A stretch of DNA of 57,850 nucleotides, filler included, from Sphacelaria rigidula (taxonomy: Eukaryota), in the NCBI GenBank assembly GCA_964200075.2. It is 7 parts of 7 records of this genome, joined end to end, with 100 filler letters (N's around TTAATTAATTAA, not from the genome) between each part and the next. Parts side by side here need not be neighbours in the genome. Positions count along the whole stretch, not along the records: positions 24,838 to 33,016 come from CAXNAA020012012.1; positions 33,117 to 41,295 come from CAXNAA020012013.1; 5 more parts are not named here. The stretch is one strand, 5' to 3'. Below the pieces are notes generated by a model. The model was not told the origin of the DNA. It saw only the letters and a program-made list of their open reading frames with translations, and ran no database searches. Of the stretch, positions 25,347-38,173 are shown piece after piece. How positions within the stretch are numbered: position 1 is the stretch's first letter; each line of letters starts with the position of its first letter. Made by a program: the position numbers and the translations under genes.

Positions 25347-26258
25347 ATGAACTCTACCGCGAGACTGGACGTACAATACATACAATAGATCGCCTTCCTG
25401 CAGATTGGGGGGACCTCAACTTTCCCCCGATCTGGAGCGCAAATTGCGGAAAATCGCGCGAAATCGGCAAAATGTCGATTTGAGGTCCTCCGATCTGCGT
25501 ACAGATCGAGATTGGTGACTGCCACAATTAATGTTGGGACCCGAGCTTGCTTGCGTGGGGCCCGAGCTAGCAATTGGTATCTGCTGAGCAATGAGCGAAT
25601 TGTGGACTAGCAACATCCCGGCAGTATTTACGATGCAAAAAGTAACAATGAACTCGTAGACAAGTCCAACAGCTCAACAGCTCGACCCAAAACGGATCCG
25701 TCGAACTTCCTTGAAAGATCGCTGCGTCTTCAGACGACAAACAGTGGAACCAGGGTACAAAGTGTAACACAAGACAACAGTGTAGTGTAGCACTGCTGTG
25801 GCTGTGACGGAACACCGCAAGATTGTTGGGAAAATCCGAAGATCCAAATGTACTGTGGCTGGATGTTGCTGTTCATTGAGGCAAATTACCCGAGGTCTCC
25901 CGGCGCTTACGGGGTCCCGTCCCCTGGAATACAGCGCAGCCTGTCGTGCGAGCCGTGACCGAGTACGACAGAGCAACGCTCTGGCATCACGTCCATTTTC
26001 TGCTCCACACCGGGATACCCATAAATCCACTCGTCAGCACGCCCCCCCACTCGTCTCCCAACGAAGCGCGTATTTGGTGGAGGAGGTACTCTACGAAATG
26101 AAACGAGCATAGCGCACTACGATCTCCGTAGCTCAGGGCCTTTTTCAGAGCCATTTTTCGCGTTTGTACCTTCGACCCAGCCAAGCCTCACCGCCAAGGT
26201 GTGGTCAGGGATCGCATATTGGCCAAAATTGTCACACGTAGGATCGCAGCAGTGTTAC

Positions 26259-26259
<1 letters not shown>

Positions 26260-26307
<48 letters not shown>
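26260..26307 (+). repeat. (CAA)16 microsatellite
   Basis: Perfect trinucleotide run. Confidence 0.95.
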
Positions 26308-29300
26308 AAGTACAGTAGTAGTACTCGTAGTTGATTCAAACCGTACCGTACCGTGCCAACCATTCCATCTGTTGTAGGTGTGATTTGCTGTACCTTCTTG
26401 TGTCTGTACTAAACTGGCTGTAATTTCTGTTCTCCGTGAGGACGCCCGACGGAAACAAGTTACGGCATACTCATGGGTATGACTTGTAGTCATTTCGCCA
26501 TTAACCCTTGGACAGTGAGAGAGAGGAGGTCATATGTTGAATCGGCATTGTCCAGGTGGATTACCCTCGCGGTCTAATGGTTCAAAGCGTACATAATTCA
26601 TCACAGGTGACACCAAACGCTGACGAGAGCTCTTCGCGGGCGGCGCGTATATTCGCGTTTGGGCTGCACACTGTACGGTCTGCTGTATGCCAAATCCTCC
26701 CAGTGACATCCCAACGGGATGCCCGGCAACTGTGACGGGACACAGCAGTAAGGGATTGTACAGAACTAGACACAAAATGTATACGATACAGCTATGCCGG
26801 AGGAAACGTAGTCAGCACGGCATCTCCTACCCGGGAATGATAAGTACATCAAGGGTTCATCTCGCACAGCATCATCCCGGTAGATGAAAAGACAAGGAAA
26901 GCCAGGGCCCATGGGCCTGAGTATGTGTGATTGTTGAATGGAATTCGGTAAATTTGCAAGTTCACAGTTGGGTGTGAGTTCATTGAGGCACCACAAGCTG
27001 GGGAACGCTGCTCGATCACGCTTCAAGAAAACAAACGCGTCGACAACAGTCTCTTCGATATCACCAGTGCTTGGCAAGTCAAACCACAGCGCCAACCGCA
27101 TAATGTTGGCACCCGACCTCGAGATGGCGCACTCACTTTTGTCGGGACGACCTATCGAGCGACATTCGAACAGGTTCACTCTTAGTTGCGGCTCAATTAC
27201 AAGCAGGGACTGCTGTACCCTGCAAGTTGCCGTGCAGAGACTTCGGGCGTAGTACGCTTTACAGACAACAGACCAGCTGATACCAGTCATAGCAGTTGAG
27301 TGGCACGCACCTCAGCGTACTCGTGGATACTCATATCCAGCATGTTCCCCATGGCTTAGCTTCCGTGATTCCGTATCTTTGTGGACCCGGCTGTTCGATG
27401 AAACGGAAAGTATAACACGAGACTATCAGCAGCTGAGACTCAGATACGAAACTTGCCGCCTGCAACTGCAGTCCCTGGCAGTTTTGCAGCCTCGACAGCA
27501 CCAGCTTCTAGAGGCGTTCTCGTGCCGGTTTGTGCGGAAGAGAACGTCACCACGGTACAGTACAACAGACGGTACAATAATCTGCAAGCAGAGCAAAATA
27601 TTTGTAGAGTTTCTGTCGGTACCGACGCACTGACTTGTCCTGCAGTCAGTACAACAACTACTACCGTATGTTGTTGTTGTCACTGCTGTCTGACACACTG
27701 TATAACTCTCGTGCTGCAACTGAACCGTACTGTCTATTCAGTACAGACAATGCAGTCCGTAGCAAAACCGGCCGTTTCAGGTCTCCGAATTCAAAATTAA
27801 TATTCACATATCGAAGATCATCATCCATTATCCGCACAATCGCCAGAAAATCCGTTAAATCGTTCTACGCTTACTAGATTTTAGACAGGCATATCTAGAC
27901 CTAGTGTAGTAACAGCGCCTAGGTGAAAAAGCCAGCACCTGTCTAATCTCTCTATATTTCATCTCGGGTCGACTTGACCGTGCGTAGAGGACCGCCTACC
28001 TACCTTTGCAGCCCGCGGCCACGCGCAGCACGGCATACACATGGCTCGCTTTGCCGGCCTGGGTCTCGAGCCCATCCTGGCAGACAGTAGTGACGATGAC
28101 GATGGTGACCCATTTAGGAGAGCTGGCTTTGGTGGAGGGTTGCGGGGCGGGGAGGACCGGGAGCGCAGAGGCGAAAAAGGAAACGATCCGGTACGATAAT
28201 TTTGGGGCACTTGCCTTGCCTGTGATTGTCACTTCCGTCGGCGTACTGGACTGCGCTGCGCGGACTGTGAGCCAAGTGTGATGTTGTGTGTCGCATGTTC
28301 TGGAGGGCATCCCACATTCTGCGTGTCCCAGTGTAGATGGTAACCGACCATCCATCATCACTCTTACCTCCCTGAATTCCTCTGTGTAACCCCCCTTTCA
28401 AGTACTTTGCCTCTCCCTTCCTGTGTTTTTTTGCCTATAAAATACTGTAACGAAGTAATGCCACTGCTTTTGTCTACGTCCGGAAGGCTCGTAGGCTCAC
28501 ATGAAAACACGAGTGGGCGTTTTTAGGGGGGGATAGCAAACGGCCGCGTGTTCTGGTGGGGTCTGACTTATCTGTTATCTACGGGTTGGCTCTGTGGTGT
28601 TGTACTCTAGGCGACTACAGTTGAACTTCGTAACGTCAAGTGTTCATGATAATCTGAACTATCATGTACGGAATTGATTCGTACGACGCCATGCTGTACC
28701 TGTAGGATGGATCGAAAGGAGCAGTTGAGTCTTTCCACTCTCTGCCCGCCCGTACATGCGGTGCCCTCAGCATCTAGTGCAGTTTTAGTGTATCGAGTTG
28801 GTTAGTTTTCGGTTGGGGCAGCATGGTCTCTCAACCGAGTTGTTTCTTAGCAAGCTGAATGGATTTTTGCTGCATAACAGCTAAGAGTTTAGTGTTTCTT
28901 ATCCGACCTGGAAATGTTCAATGGTACATTGTCATTGTGGCTTTCACCGTCGCGGTGTTGCTGATGTATGGATGTCCTCAGGCTTTTCCTGTCTGTGTCT
29001 GGTACAGACAGGATGGCACCATGCTGCAGTACAAGTGAGTATAGTTTATGTCTCACTTTCACGGCACCAGCGGACCGCAGCACACGGCACTTCGTCATTG
29101 TGCTACAGTGTACTGTACAGTAGTATGTCAATTTGTGTGTGTCGGGGGCGTGGTGGAGGGGGAAGGGGGGGAAGGGAGGTGACGAAGGAGAACAGACCGC
29201 CCGCCCTGCGCGGCTGCGTTGGTTGAGTGCAGTGCATGAACACTCCCATCATGAGTGTTGTTAGTCGGACTCAATCTCAGATGTATGATGAACTACCTTG

Positions 29301-30544
29301 GAATACGTAAAGATAGATGGTTGATTGTCGGGCACGTTAGCGTTGCAGCGGGGGATTTTAGGGCGGGTGGGCACCCACAGTGACGGGCGGGGATAGGGGG
29401 GCGTCGCGGTGATGAGGCTGTTGGAGATCCGCACACAAATTGCATCGCATGTTTTGAAATGTCAAACCAAGGATAGCACACGACACCAGGATTTGGCGTG
29501 TCGCGTGCCGTCTTCTAAACGAGTGCAGTAGCTGAACAGGGGCACTGTAGGCAAGTGTCCGTTCGTCGGATATTGCAAGCACGCTGCTATAGCGTACCGC
29601 CATGTCTGTCGCGACTTTCGCGCGGGGCCTGCCACCGCTGCGTAAGTCAGTTAGTCTGATCGAGGCGCAGGGGGAAAGAGGGCCACCGTGTATATTGTAG
29701 CAGGGTGCATGACCAGAGGCCGGGGCGGTACGGCACGGTACTAGGGTCCAGTACTCAAGTCTATGGCTGAGTCCAAGGCGAACATGGTTGGTGGATCATT
29801 CCGCATGTCGATAAGTGGGCGGGTCTCGATTTTTGAAAATAGTCCTATCCTCGATCGTGTCCCAAATACTACTGTGCATGCATTGATGTACCCTGACCTG
29901 AAACTTCGCGTGTCGCACATACCTTCACATCACCCCGACTGCAGTCTGCGAGTACGCCAGAGTTGGGCTTTTTTTAAACTCAAAGCTCATCCTCTACCTT
30001 TTGAATGCCTCGCTACGTAAATGGGGCTACGTGTAGATCTATCTACAAAATTTAATTATGTAACGTTTTTTTTAATCATGAACGTGCAGCACTGCTGCAA
30101 CAGTAGGTTGCTTGACCAAGGATTGATCTGTATACAGCATGATTCATCGAGCTGATGGTTATCCTGCAAAGCTCCGCAGCTCACCCGCCGTTGGTGGTCT
30201 AGCTAGTCCGTCGCTCTATTTCGCCTCCGACAGCTACATTCGCCGACTGCCAATCTATCACTGGATGCCTCAGAATGTATTTTCTAAGAGCAGGGACTAG
30301 AGTCGGCACAGTTCCGGCCGTATTTATTTATTTTGAAGGACTTGTAGCATTTTTCCATTTTTTGCAGAAACTTCAAATCGCTCAAACTTTCTGTTCATCT
30401 TTTTTTTCGTTGCACCCCCCGTAATGTTGTGCGTATTGATAGAAATGTCGTGTCAAAATTTCAGCGCACAACTTCTCGAATTACCTACAGCCGGGGCCCG
30501 GAAATATTTAAAAAATACTGTAAGCTGGCCCAGCTCGTATCTCG

Positions 30545-31723
30545 CCCAACCGCTGATCGTAGACCAGGATACATAACTTGGGGAAAATATCTCAAAAACT
30601 GTTTTTGGAGTGCACACATGAATGAAGGTAATAGGAAAGGGGTAAGGCACAGATGGGCAAGATGGACGTGATGTTCAGAGACTCGCACCTGGATACTGGG
30701 ATTAAGATATGTATATTCTGATTAATGTGACTGTACCGAAGCTGTAATATGCAGGAGAACTATGGGCAAGGAAAAGCGAAGTTGGTGAAGGTGGAAACGG
30801 TGCAGATGACGACAGCTAAGAATATACTCGGATGCTCAAAAACGACAAGTGATACAGTATTGAGTGCAGAATTGGAAATGTACCCACTTAAAATAAAGAG
30901 ATACATGAAACGATTGAAATAGCAATATAGCGTGAAGAACATGCCAAGAAGGAGATTGCCAGCCATAGTTGATGAGGCTGTATGGAAGAAAGTGGCGGAA
31001 GAGCGGGCCGGAATAGGGTAGGATAGCGTAGTCGAGAAAGTATGGAAGAACATGGGAGAAAACCAAGACGAGATAGTGTCTATAGGTGAATGTGGCGGGT
31101 ACAAGACAAAACTACGAGCCATGGTAAAAATAAGGGTAAAAGAAACGCTAAGACGGAAAGTAGGCGAAGTTGAACACCTGAAGATATACGGAGGGTTGAG
31201 AGAGGGGATAGAGATGGAAACATACCTGCATGGCCGAATGGACTCTGCGAAAAAATTACAAGTGCGATTTCGGGTGGGAGACCTGGACCTGCCAGAAGGA
31301 AGGAAGAGATATACCCGTAGTCGAGTAGGGAGGGAAGTAGATGCACAGAATTGCCCCTGTGGCAAAGCGATAGGCAGTAGAAGTCAGCAAGTGGTAAAAT
31401 GTGAACTATACAAGGAGGAACGGGACATGTTGGAGAGAGAAAAGTAGAAAGTGAACGGAGGTGGCATGAAATCGTTTGATACAAAAGACAGTATCGAAAA
31501 AACAATCGCTATACTAGGAGATAGATGGTGGCCACAGACGGCGAAATAGGACGATGATAAGATATGTAAAAGGTTTTTGTGTAATGCATGGAAGAAACGT
31601 GATGAGCACCTAAATGTTGGAGGTGTCTCCATTAGGGGTAGGAACGGTGCTCCGTCTCGCAAGGGATGCGTGTCCAATGATCAAACGAGTAAGGCAAGCA
31701 ACAAATAAGTATCCCCCCCCCCC
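30545..31723 (+). mobile_element. 5'-truncated, decayed LINE (ORF2 post-RT region plus 3' tail; CR1/L2/RTEX-like)
   Basis: Broken frames give VPKL*YAGELW, ETVQMTTAKNILGCSKTTSDTVLSAEL, RLPAIV, YLHG...VRFRVG, CPCG...CELYKEER (degenerate C-terminal zinc-knuckle region); multiple stops and frameshifts; ends in C11. Confidence 0.88.
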
Positions 31724-32085
31724 TGGTGAGACACCCACGGGGCAGTGTATAAGCCATGGGCTGTCTTTTGAAGTGGCGATACCACAGAATAAAGCAACCC
31801 ATTGCAGGCTGTCATCCAAGTGCAAGATAATCAGTAGGCTTCGGGCCGAAAAACTTAAGCAGGATGCAGCTCACCCTTCATGCGACTCGCCGAACACACC
31901 ACGGCGCTTGGTGATGGAGTGCGAGCCTGGTCCGGCGAAAACCCGGCGTGCTCCGTCCCGGCTTTGTAGGGATGCGAGGTCAATGGTCTTATGACTATGG
32001 CATGCATGATCATGAGTACCCCTCCCCCCCCTCCCTCCCTCCCGGTCTTATGAACATGGCATGCATGATCATGAGTACCCCCCCG
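31724..32085 (+). mobile_element. Family B retroelement directly after the LINE poly(C) tail; terminal segment duplicated
   Basis: Homologous to 8888-9130 and 10135-10540; GGTCTTATGA..GCATGCATGATCATGAGTACCCC occurs twice. Confidence 0.82.
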
Positions 32086-33016
32086 AACCAGCCCCAAATC
32101 TGTCACGAAGAATGGCCATACAACTCATGTAGTTGGCTCTAGACCCGCATGAAGCGCCTCATATGGACGACATTGGACACTGGCAAAAACGATCCCGAGC
32201 GTGGGAGTTCCCAGGTGCTCGGCTTGCTCAGCTTTTTTAAATTATGATTTGCATGTACATTTTGCCTCCTCGAGCCAGCCACTTTTCTTGGGCGTGCTAT
32301 CGCGGCATCACTCAAAAGTAGAAACTCCAAAAGCTACAACACGGGGATGGCGTCGACAGCTGTGAAAGGCCAGAAGCCCGCCCCCCCGTGGCGTCGGTCG
32401 TGGCCGTCGTCGTAGGTCAAAAGAGGCCTCAGGTAGGGCTCCGCTCCAAAATTCGGTGCATTACGGGACGTCCACTAGCGTAAGGCGGGTGTGCTCGTGG
32501 AAGATACGGTGATTGTGGGATATAGTTAAACTGGGAACCAGGAGGCAAGGGAAGTATCAAAGGTCGGAAATTGCTTCGCAAACGCTATTGCGAATATACG
32601 ACTGGAACATGACAAATCAGTTAGTCCGGTTGGGCGGCTGTTCCCCATAGTGCTACGAGTACTCGTAGCGACCAAAACCTTGAAAAAGCTCGCAAAGAAT
32701 CCGCTGAAGACGTGCTGAAGAAGGCCACGGAGAACAAACGCAGAGCGCTTGATGGCGCTGGCCTGATCTGTGTGATCAAAGTAGCTGGTGAATTGCCTCT
32801 CTTGAGATCTTCAAGCCCCCGAGGATCATCTTGGTTGTGGTCCGTGGCAGAGTAAAATCTGTCGATGACCTGGATGACAGAAGCACTAACGTCTGGGGGG
32901 CGACAGGCATGTGCTTTTGTAACGATCGCCAGTGATTATCCTTGGCGTTCAATTCCCGATGCGTTGGGTTTTTTCTTCGTGATGTATGATTTCCACCGTG
33001 GAAAGCGTGAGAACGT

Positions 33017-33116
33017 NNNNNNNNNNNNNNNNNNNNNNNNNNNNNNNNNNNNNNNNNNNNTTAATTAATTAANNNNNNNNNNNNNNNNNNNNNNNNNNNN
33101 NNNNNNNNNNNNNNNN
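33017..33116. other. Artificial contig linker
   Basis: Same 100-nt linker. Confidence 0.99.
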
Positions 33117-33175
33117 GGGATGCGTGGTCAATGGTCAAATGACTAAGGCAAGCAACAAATGAGTACGCCCCCCCT
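33117..33175 (+). mobile_element. LINE tail family A fragment
   Basis: GGGATGCGTGGTCAATGGTCAAATGACTAAGGCAAGCAACAAATGAGTACGCCCCCCC. Confidence 0.8.
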
Positions 33176-34129
33176 ATCGTAGCATGGCTCTTCGTATATA
33201 TATATATATATATATATAACATGCATACAGTGATCGGTGGGTCTGTATCCGGTCGAGATTACCATCCTTGTTGCTAGCATAATCGAGCATAAATTCCACG
33301 TTGCGAGCATAAATCGAGCATAATTTGTTTGAACATACGAGCATAAATCGAGCAAAAATTCCACTTCACGATCATTATTTTTGGAGATATTAAAGATTTT
33401 CGGAAAACCCTTTTTTGTCGTTTCAGAGTGCAAATTTCTCAAGATCAGAGTGTAACAAAAATTATTTCCCCCTCCGTCAAATGTGGTGTCCCCTTTACTT
33501 CTTTTCGATGAGTTGTTTTTTATTATTCTGCACTCTGCTCCTGAGATATTTGCACTCTGAAATGAAAAAAAAGCGTTTTCCGAAACTCTCTGTCACTAGC
33601 ATTAAAAAAAGTCCTTCCTAGCATAACAAGTAGAAGCCTATTTATAAGATGAGAGTCACGTGCCGCTTCGTGCCTTTCGATCGTATGTTTTCAATCTCAA
33701 ACGATTGTTGTATACCTCGTTGCTTTCTTCTCCGCGCGCCGCTAATAATAAGTTTGAGTTGAAGCCTTCAAGGAACGTAAATGCGGTGGGCCTATGAGAT
33801 CGGCAAAAAAAAATCGACCGCAATTTTCTGATCGGAAAAAAAAGGGTGCTAAGACACGCCCTCAGAGCTCCGAAGAGTCGATGGATCAAAGGTGCTTGGC
33901 CCTAAAGAGGCAACGGAGCTAGGAAAGGTGCACCGAAGGCCTTCTGCAGATGGCCTTCTGCAATTCTGCGGTTCTATCCTGACCGACCGGACGAATCCTT
34001 CGTTTTTGACTGGCCGGATAGATTTTTCACTAAATCGCACTTCCTGGATCCAACCACCCTGGGATTGATTCGGCTACGTAGCTCTCTTTCATCGTCCAAC
34101 TCTCCCAAATGCCAACTAACCTTCACCAG

Positions 34130-35003
34130 GTGAAGCTGACGGAAGCGCGCGGCTTCGTCATGTCAGACGGCGGTTTACCCGGAAGCGGTGATCAAATAGG
34201 CGACACGGCGAGCGTGTTCGAAGCCATTTGCCAAAGACGCAATCCTCACATGCCAGCGAACTGGCCGGACACACGCCAGCGACCTCCAACTACTTTTGCC
34301 TACGCGAGAATCTGTAGGGATCTCGTGGAGGCGCCACATTACTTGCTCCGTAGACGACCACAGCGTGCGGACGATAACGCCCGAGCAATCTACGGCTTTG
34401 CGTGACCCAGCGATTTTCATGGTTCCTCACGGAAATAGTAGAACTCTGCAGGCCGCCGTGGTTGATTTCTTTTTGGGAGGTACGTGTCTTGACTTTTCTT
34501 ACCCCGGGGCGGGAGTTTGTCCTTCATGCGGCATCATCCCATCGGACATGTGTTTTTGGAATTTCCTGGCTTTCTCGGCTATCAACGCCCCCGACCGCCT
34601 ATTTATTTCGTCGAGTGCAGCTGCCGTCGACGCAGTCGTAAGCGTTCCCCCCGACGCGTCTGAGACTCTCTTTTCAGGCGTAGAGTACTCCTTGATCTCG
34701 GTTGTGTAACTCATCTGGGTGGGCGCCCACTACGTCACGCAGTTCTGTTTGCAGGGGAAATGGCTCAAGTACGATTGCACTACTGAGGGTGGCACTAGCG
34801 CGTTTGCCTCGTTCGATGCCCACTGGCATTCCGGGAGATACGTGTTGGACGTGTACGTCGAGACGGATCTACAAGTAGTGGCCAGGGATAGATCCAGGGA
34901 TAGATCGGGAGAACCTAGTGGGAACTTGCCGAGCGACGACTCCGGTCTCAGCTCCGCCTTCCTGCGCACCCTTGCGCATGTGGAAGGACGTCACTTGGAC
35001 TAG
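34130..35003 (+). pseudogene. Decayed ubiquitin-specific-protease-like (C19-fold) peptidase exon
   Basis: USP-like boxes in order: QIGDTASVFEAI; HITCSVDDHS; TLQAAVVDFF; CPSCG; INAPDRLFIS; YSLISVV*LIWVGAHYVTQFCLQGKWLKYD. One frameshift near 34290 and an in-frame TAA at 34707-34709; CTAAC branch site and CCAG| acceptor; no Cys box seen. Confidence 0.62.
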
Positions 35004-35031
35004 AACGATAATGTCTGGAATTTGCGTGGTG

Positions 35032-35279
35032 CAATGCTCGAAAGAATTGTCATGGTCAAAATTCGACTTAACGGTCGACGAGGGAAAGGGGCTGCTGAAT
35101 CCCTCTCGCGATAAAACAAAAGGCAAGCACCGCAGAAGGAAGGTGGAGTACTAAAAACAAATAAAAAAGAAAAAGCTACTGTGTTGACAATCCTCTTGTG
35201 TGACCCCGGCTGATGCGCTCACATATCCCGAAAAGGGTAGACTGGCGTCCAGAATAAATGGGGCGACAACACACACACA
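35032..35279 (+). mobile_element. tRNA-SINE copy lacking its head
   Basis: Body and (CA)n tail match 2740-3013. Confidence 0.8.
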
Positions 35280-38007
35280 ATCTATGGCCCTTACTTTCTT
35301 TCCGTCCCTTCTTCTGCGTGTGTGCTGTTCTTACTTTTCTTCACTGAGAGCGTCTATCTCTTCTGTCCCTTTTCCATTCCATTCCAATGTAAGAAAGGAT
35401 GGGAAAATTGGAAGTGTGATGCGAAGCAGAGCGATCTATTCTAAACAGTAATTCGGCTCCGGAAGTCTTGAATCAAGTTACCTGCCTCGGCCATTTTAAG
35501 ATCAAGTGACTTGGTTCACTTATACGTGAGTTAAAGTAACTCACCTCAGCTAGTCCAAGATCAATTGACTGGCTCATTTATACTCAGTTCATGTAGCTTG
35601 CGTCCCCGGCTGTTGGATCAAGTGACTCGTTGGCTCGTTGCATGCGAGTTAGTGGGGAAGCAGTTTTAAATTGGAGTTAATGAACCCCCCTTGTAGGGCC
35701 GGAAATGAAAAAAAAAGGTGATACGACTACTGTAGGTATGGGTCTGGGATTTTTTTCACCTACTCCTGGCTAGATGGCAAGCGAGCCATTATTAGTAGCA
35801 AAAGGGCCAAACTGGCAGGTCGGTACTCGTGGTCACGACTGAATAGTAGCCTCGCCTCTCACAGTGGTACTCGTAACTCAATGTGTATTGCAAGATGTTT
35901 GCGCGAAGCGCGATTATGGCCGGGCGTCCAAAATCGGCACTGGTGAGCTGGACGCCGAATAATGGGCCGACGGCGAAAAAAGGCACTCGCCGCGCTCAAC
36001 CATGACGTAATGCTGCTGGACGCCTATTGGTCAAATAGTATTTTGCATACGAGCCTTCTTCCGTCTACTCGTACTGTACACCTTTTGGAGCCTTTTGTAC
36101 ATGAACCATGAACCATCGTCCAGAACTCGCGAGACTGTCAGCGGACAAACTCGATTGTCAAATTAACAGGGTTGAAGTAAGTCATGTACAACTCTGTCGT
36201 ACAAGCTGTCCTGGCTGTACTGCACTACTAGACTTCTGTAACGTACAGCAGGGCAAGTTACACTCACAGGTCAAATGTCTGCAGGGCGCTACCCTAGATA
36301 CTTGATTCTGTGGGCATTCTAGCGGTATGTTCGGCCGTGTGCTTGGGCTGCCAACGACCTGACCAACCTGGGTCGGCAGCGCAAGCCAGTAGATATGACG
36401 CCCACATTAAACAAGAAACAGTACAGCAGACAGACAGCACAGGCATACATAGTCGTAGCACTGCGGCCGTGCCATGGGAATACGCAGCTATGTCAACCTC
36501 AACACATGAAAACAGGTCCGAATTTTCCTCCCCGTACTGTAAAATCTGTGTACAACCGTTTGTAACGTACAGTACACTTGTTGTAAGGTGAGGGAGCAAC
36601 AGCCCGTGGAAGCGTAAACGCACAGCTAATTCTAACTGTTGTGGTACAACAACGATCTGTAGTTACCATGTACACAAGGTAAGCTCAACTCACATACCTT
36701 CTCATCTATTTTGGCCACTCTCTCATCGACTCTCCCTCCCGCGTCGCTCAGAGATGGCGCTGGCCCAGTTTCCTTCTTTTTTCCAAATACACGCTTCATA
36801 CTTGCACTCTCGTAGCTAAATGTACCTGCAAATAGATCAGTCCTGGCGTTCTACATCGGACCGCGGGGCGTTCAGTGTCTTTTCCACGAACCACGTTTTG
36901 AAAGTGCCATTATCCAACATGACTTAAGTCTTCGATTGAACACATCGTGCTGAAAAGTCTGAAGCGGTAGCGGCCGGGGAGGGCCAGAGGGGGCAGCTAC
37001 GTAGTGTGTGTCTATTTTCAAGTGCGCCAAGGCTTGGAGGAAAAGTGCGTGCATAGGTGATTCGCGGACCAAAATATGGTCATGATAGCAAAAGCTTCAG
37101 CAAAGCGACGGCGAACTAAATGTGACGCGATTAGGAGGAACGCGGTTCGGCGGGCGCGGAGACATTCACTTGTGGGACCGTCGCTGTTGTTATTAGGGAT
37201 ATCGCTCTTCAGTACAGGTACACACCCCTAACAAGGGAGAATGTAACGTGTCTCTGATACCCAGACTATTGTGCAAATGCTTCGCATTTGACACGAAGAG
37301 TGTCGACGTCACCAAACAGGGGTACAATTACCCTTGATGACGGAGTATAACACCCTCAGTTATCATCCGTGAAGGCGAACACCGTCAGAAATGACATTGT
37401 CTCCGTTAATTTGTCAAGATATCTCGGAACGTGTCTTTTTGAGTGGTGAAGATTCTCGTTTCCCCCAGGAAATCAAGGGTGAATAAGTTATCACCCAGCG
37501 TATCAAACTCCGTCTCAGCGCAGCACGACCATTACTCTGACGCCTCCTGGGAAACCTCCAGGCGACTTCAGCTCTTCCTGGCTTTGATAACTTGAGCTCG
37601 TAATTTGACTCAGTCTCTTTCTACTCGCTATGCACTCCCCTCCTTCCCTTAATTTATTGCCTGATCCTTGCACGTATAACGACAGAAGTATCGGCGCTCC
37701 GATGTTTCTCGTGCCGCGATTGCTCCGCTGGTGGTGTGTTGTCGGCGAGAATGCAGCAGTGCACGCCTGAGGAGCACTTCTGCGCAACGACGGTTAGTGC
37801 ACGTTTTGGTTGTTTTAATCGCAGGCTGTCTTTGATCAAGGTTAATCTCAGGCCGTGTCTTATCGCCACCGAAGAAAGAAGCGGGAAAAGGAACACTCAT
37901 CCAACAGCGTTATGTTGATTGATCCTCGGGCAGGTCCATGATTGCGGCGACAAATCAACATCCTGCTACGGACACTTGGTCCTTTTCCCCTTCTTTTCAA
38001 GACACAG

Positions 38008-38173
38008 CCTTTCCGAGACCACAAAAAAAAGCGAAGAGCAAAGCAAGCATCGAAAAGCAGCATGTTGATTGGTCGCTGCAACCAATGCGACGGACTTGAG
38101 CTTGTGGCGACCAATCATATCGCCGATTTTCGACGCTTGCTTCGCTCTTCGCTTCTTTTTCCTGTCTCGTTAG
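38008..38173. repeat. Long imperfect hairpin
   Basis: GCGAAGAGCAAAGCAAGCATCGAAAA..TGATTGGTCGC pairs with GCGACCAATCA..TTTTCGACGCTTGCTTCGCTCTTCGC; ~19-nt loop. Confidence 0.8.

Noticed and set aside
26188-26493. Poly-Leu membrane-like ORF
   Set aside because: Antisense translation of the (CAA)n microsatellite
26766-27290. Possible exon with several open frames on both strands
   Set aside because: Could not choose strand or frame, and no family recognised
28004-28076. 73-nt minus-strand exon candidate (CCAG|...AAG|GTAGGT)
   Set aside because: Splice sites are plausible, but it is too short and the frame is ambiguous
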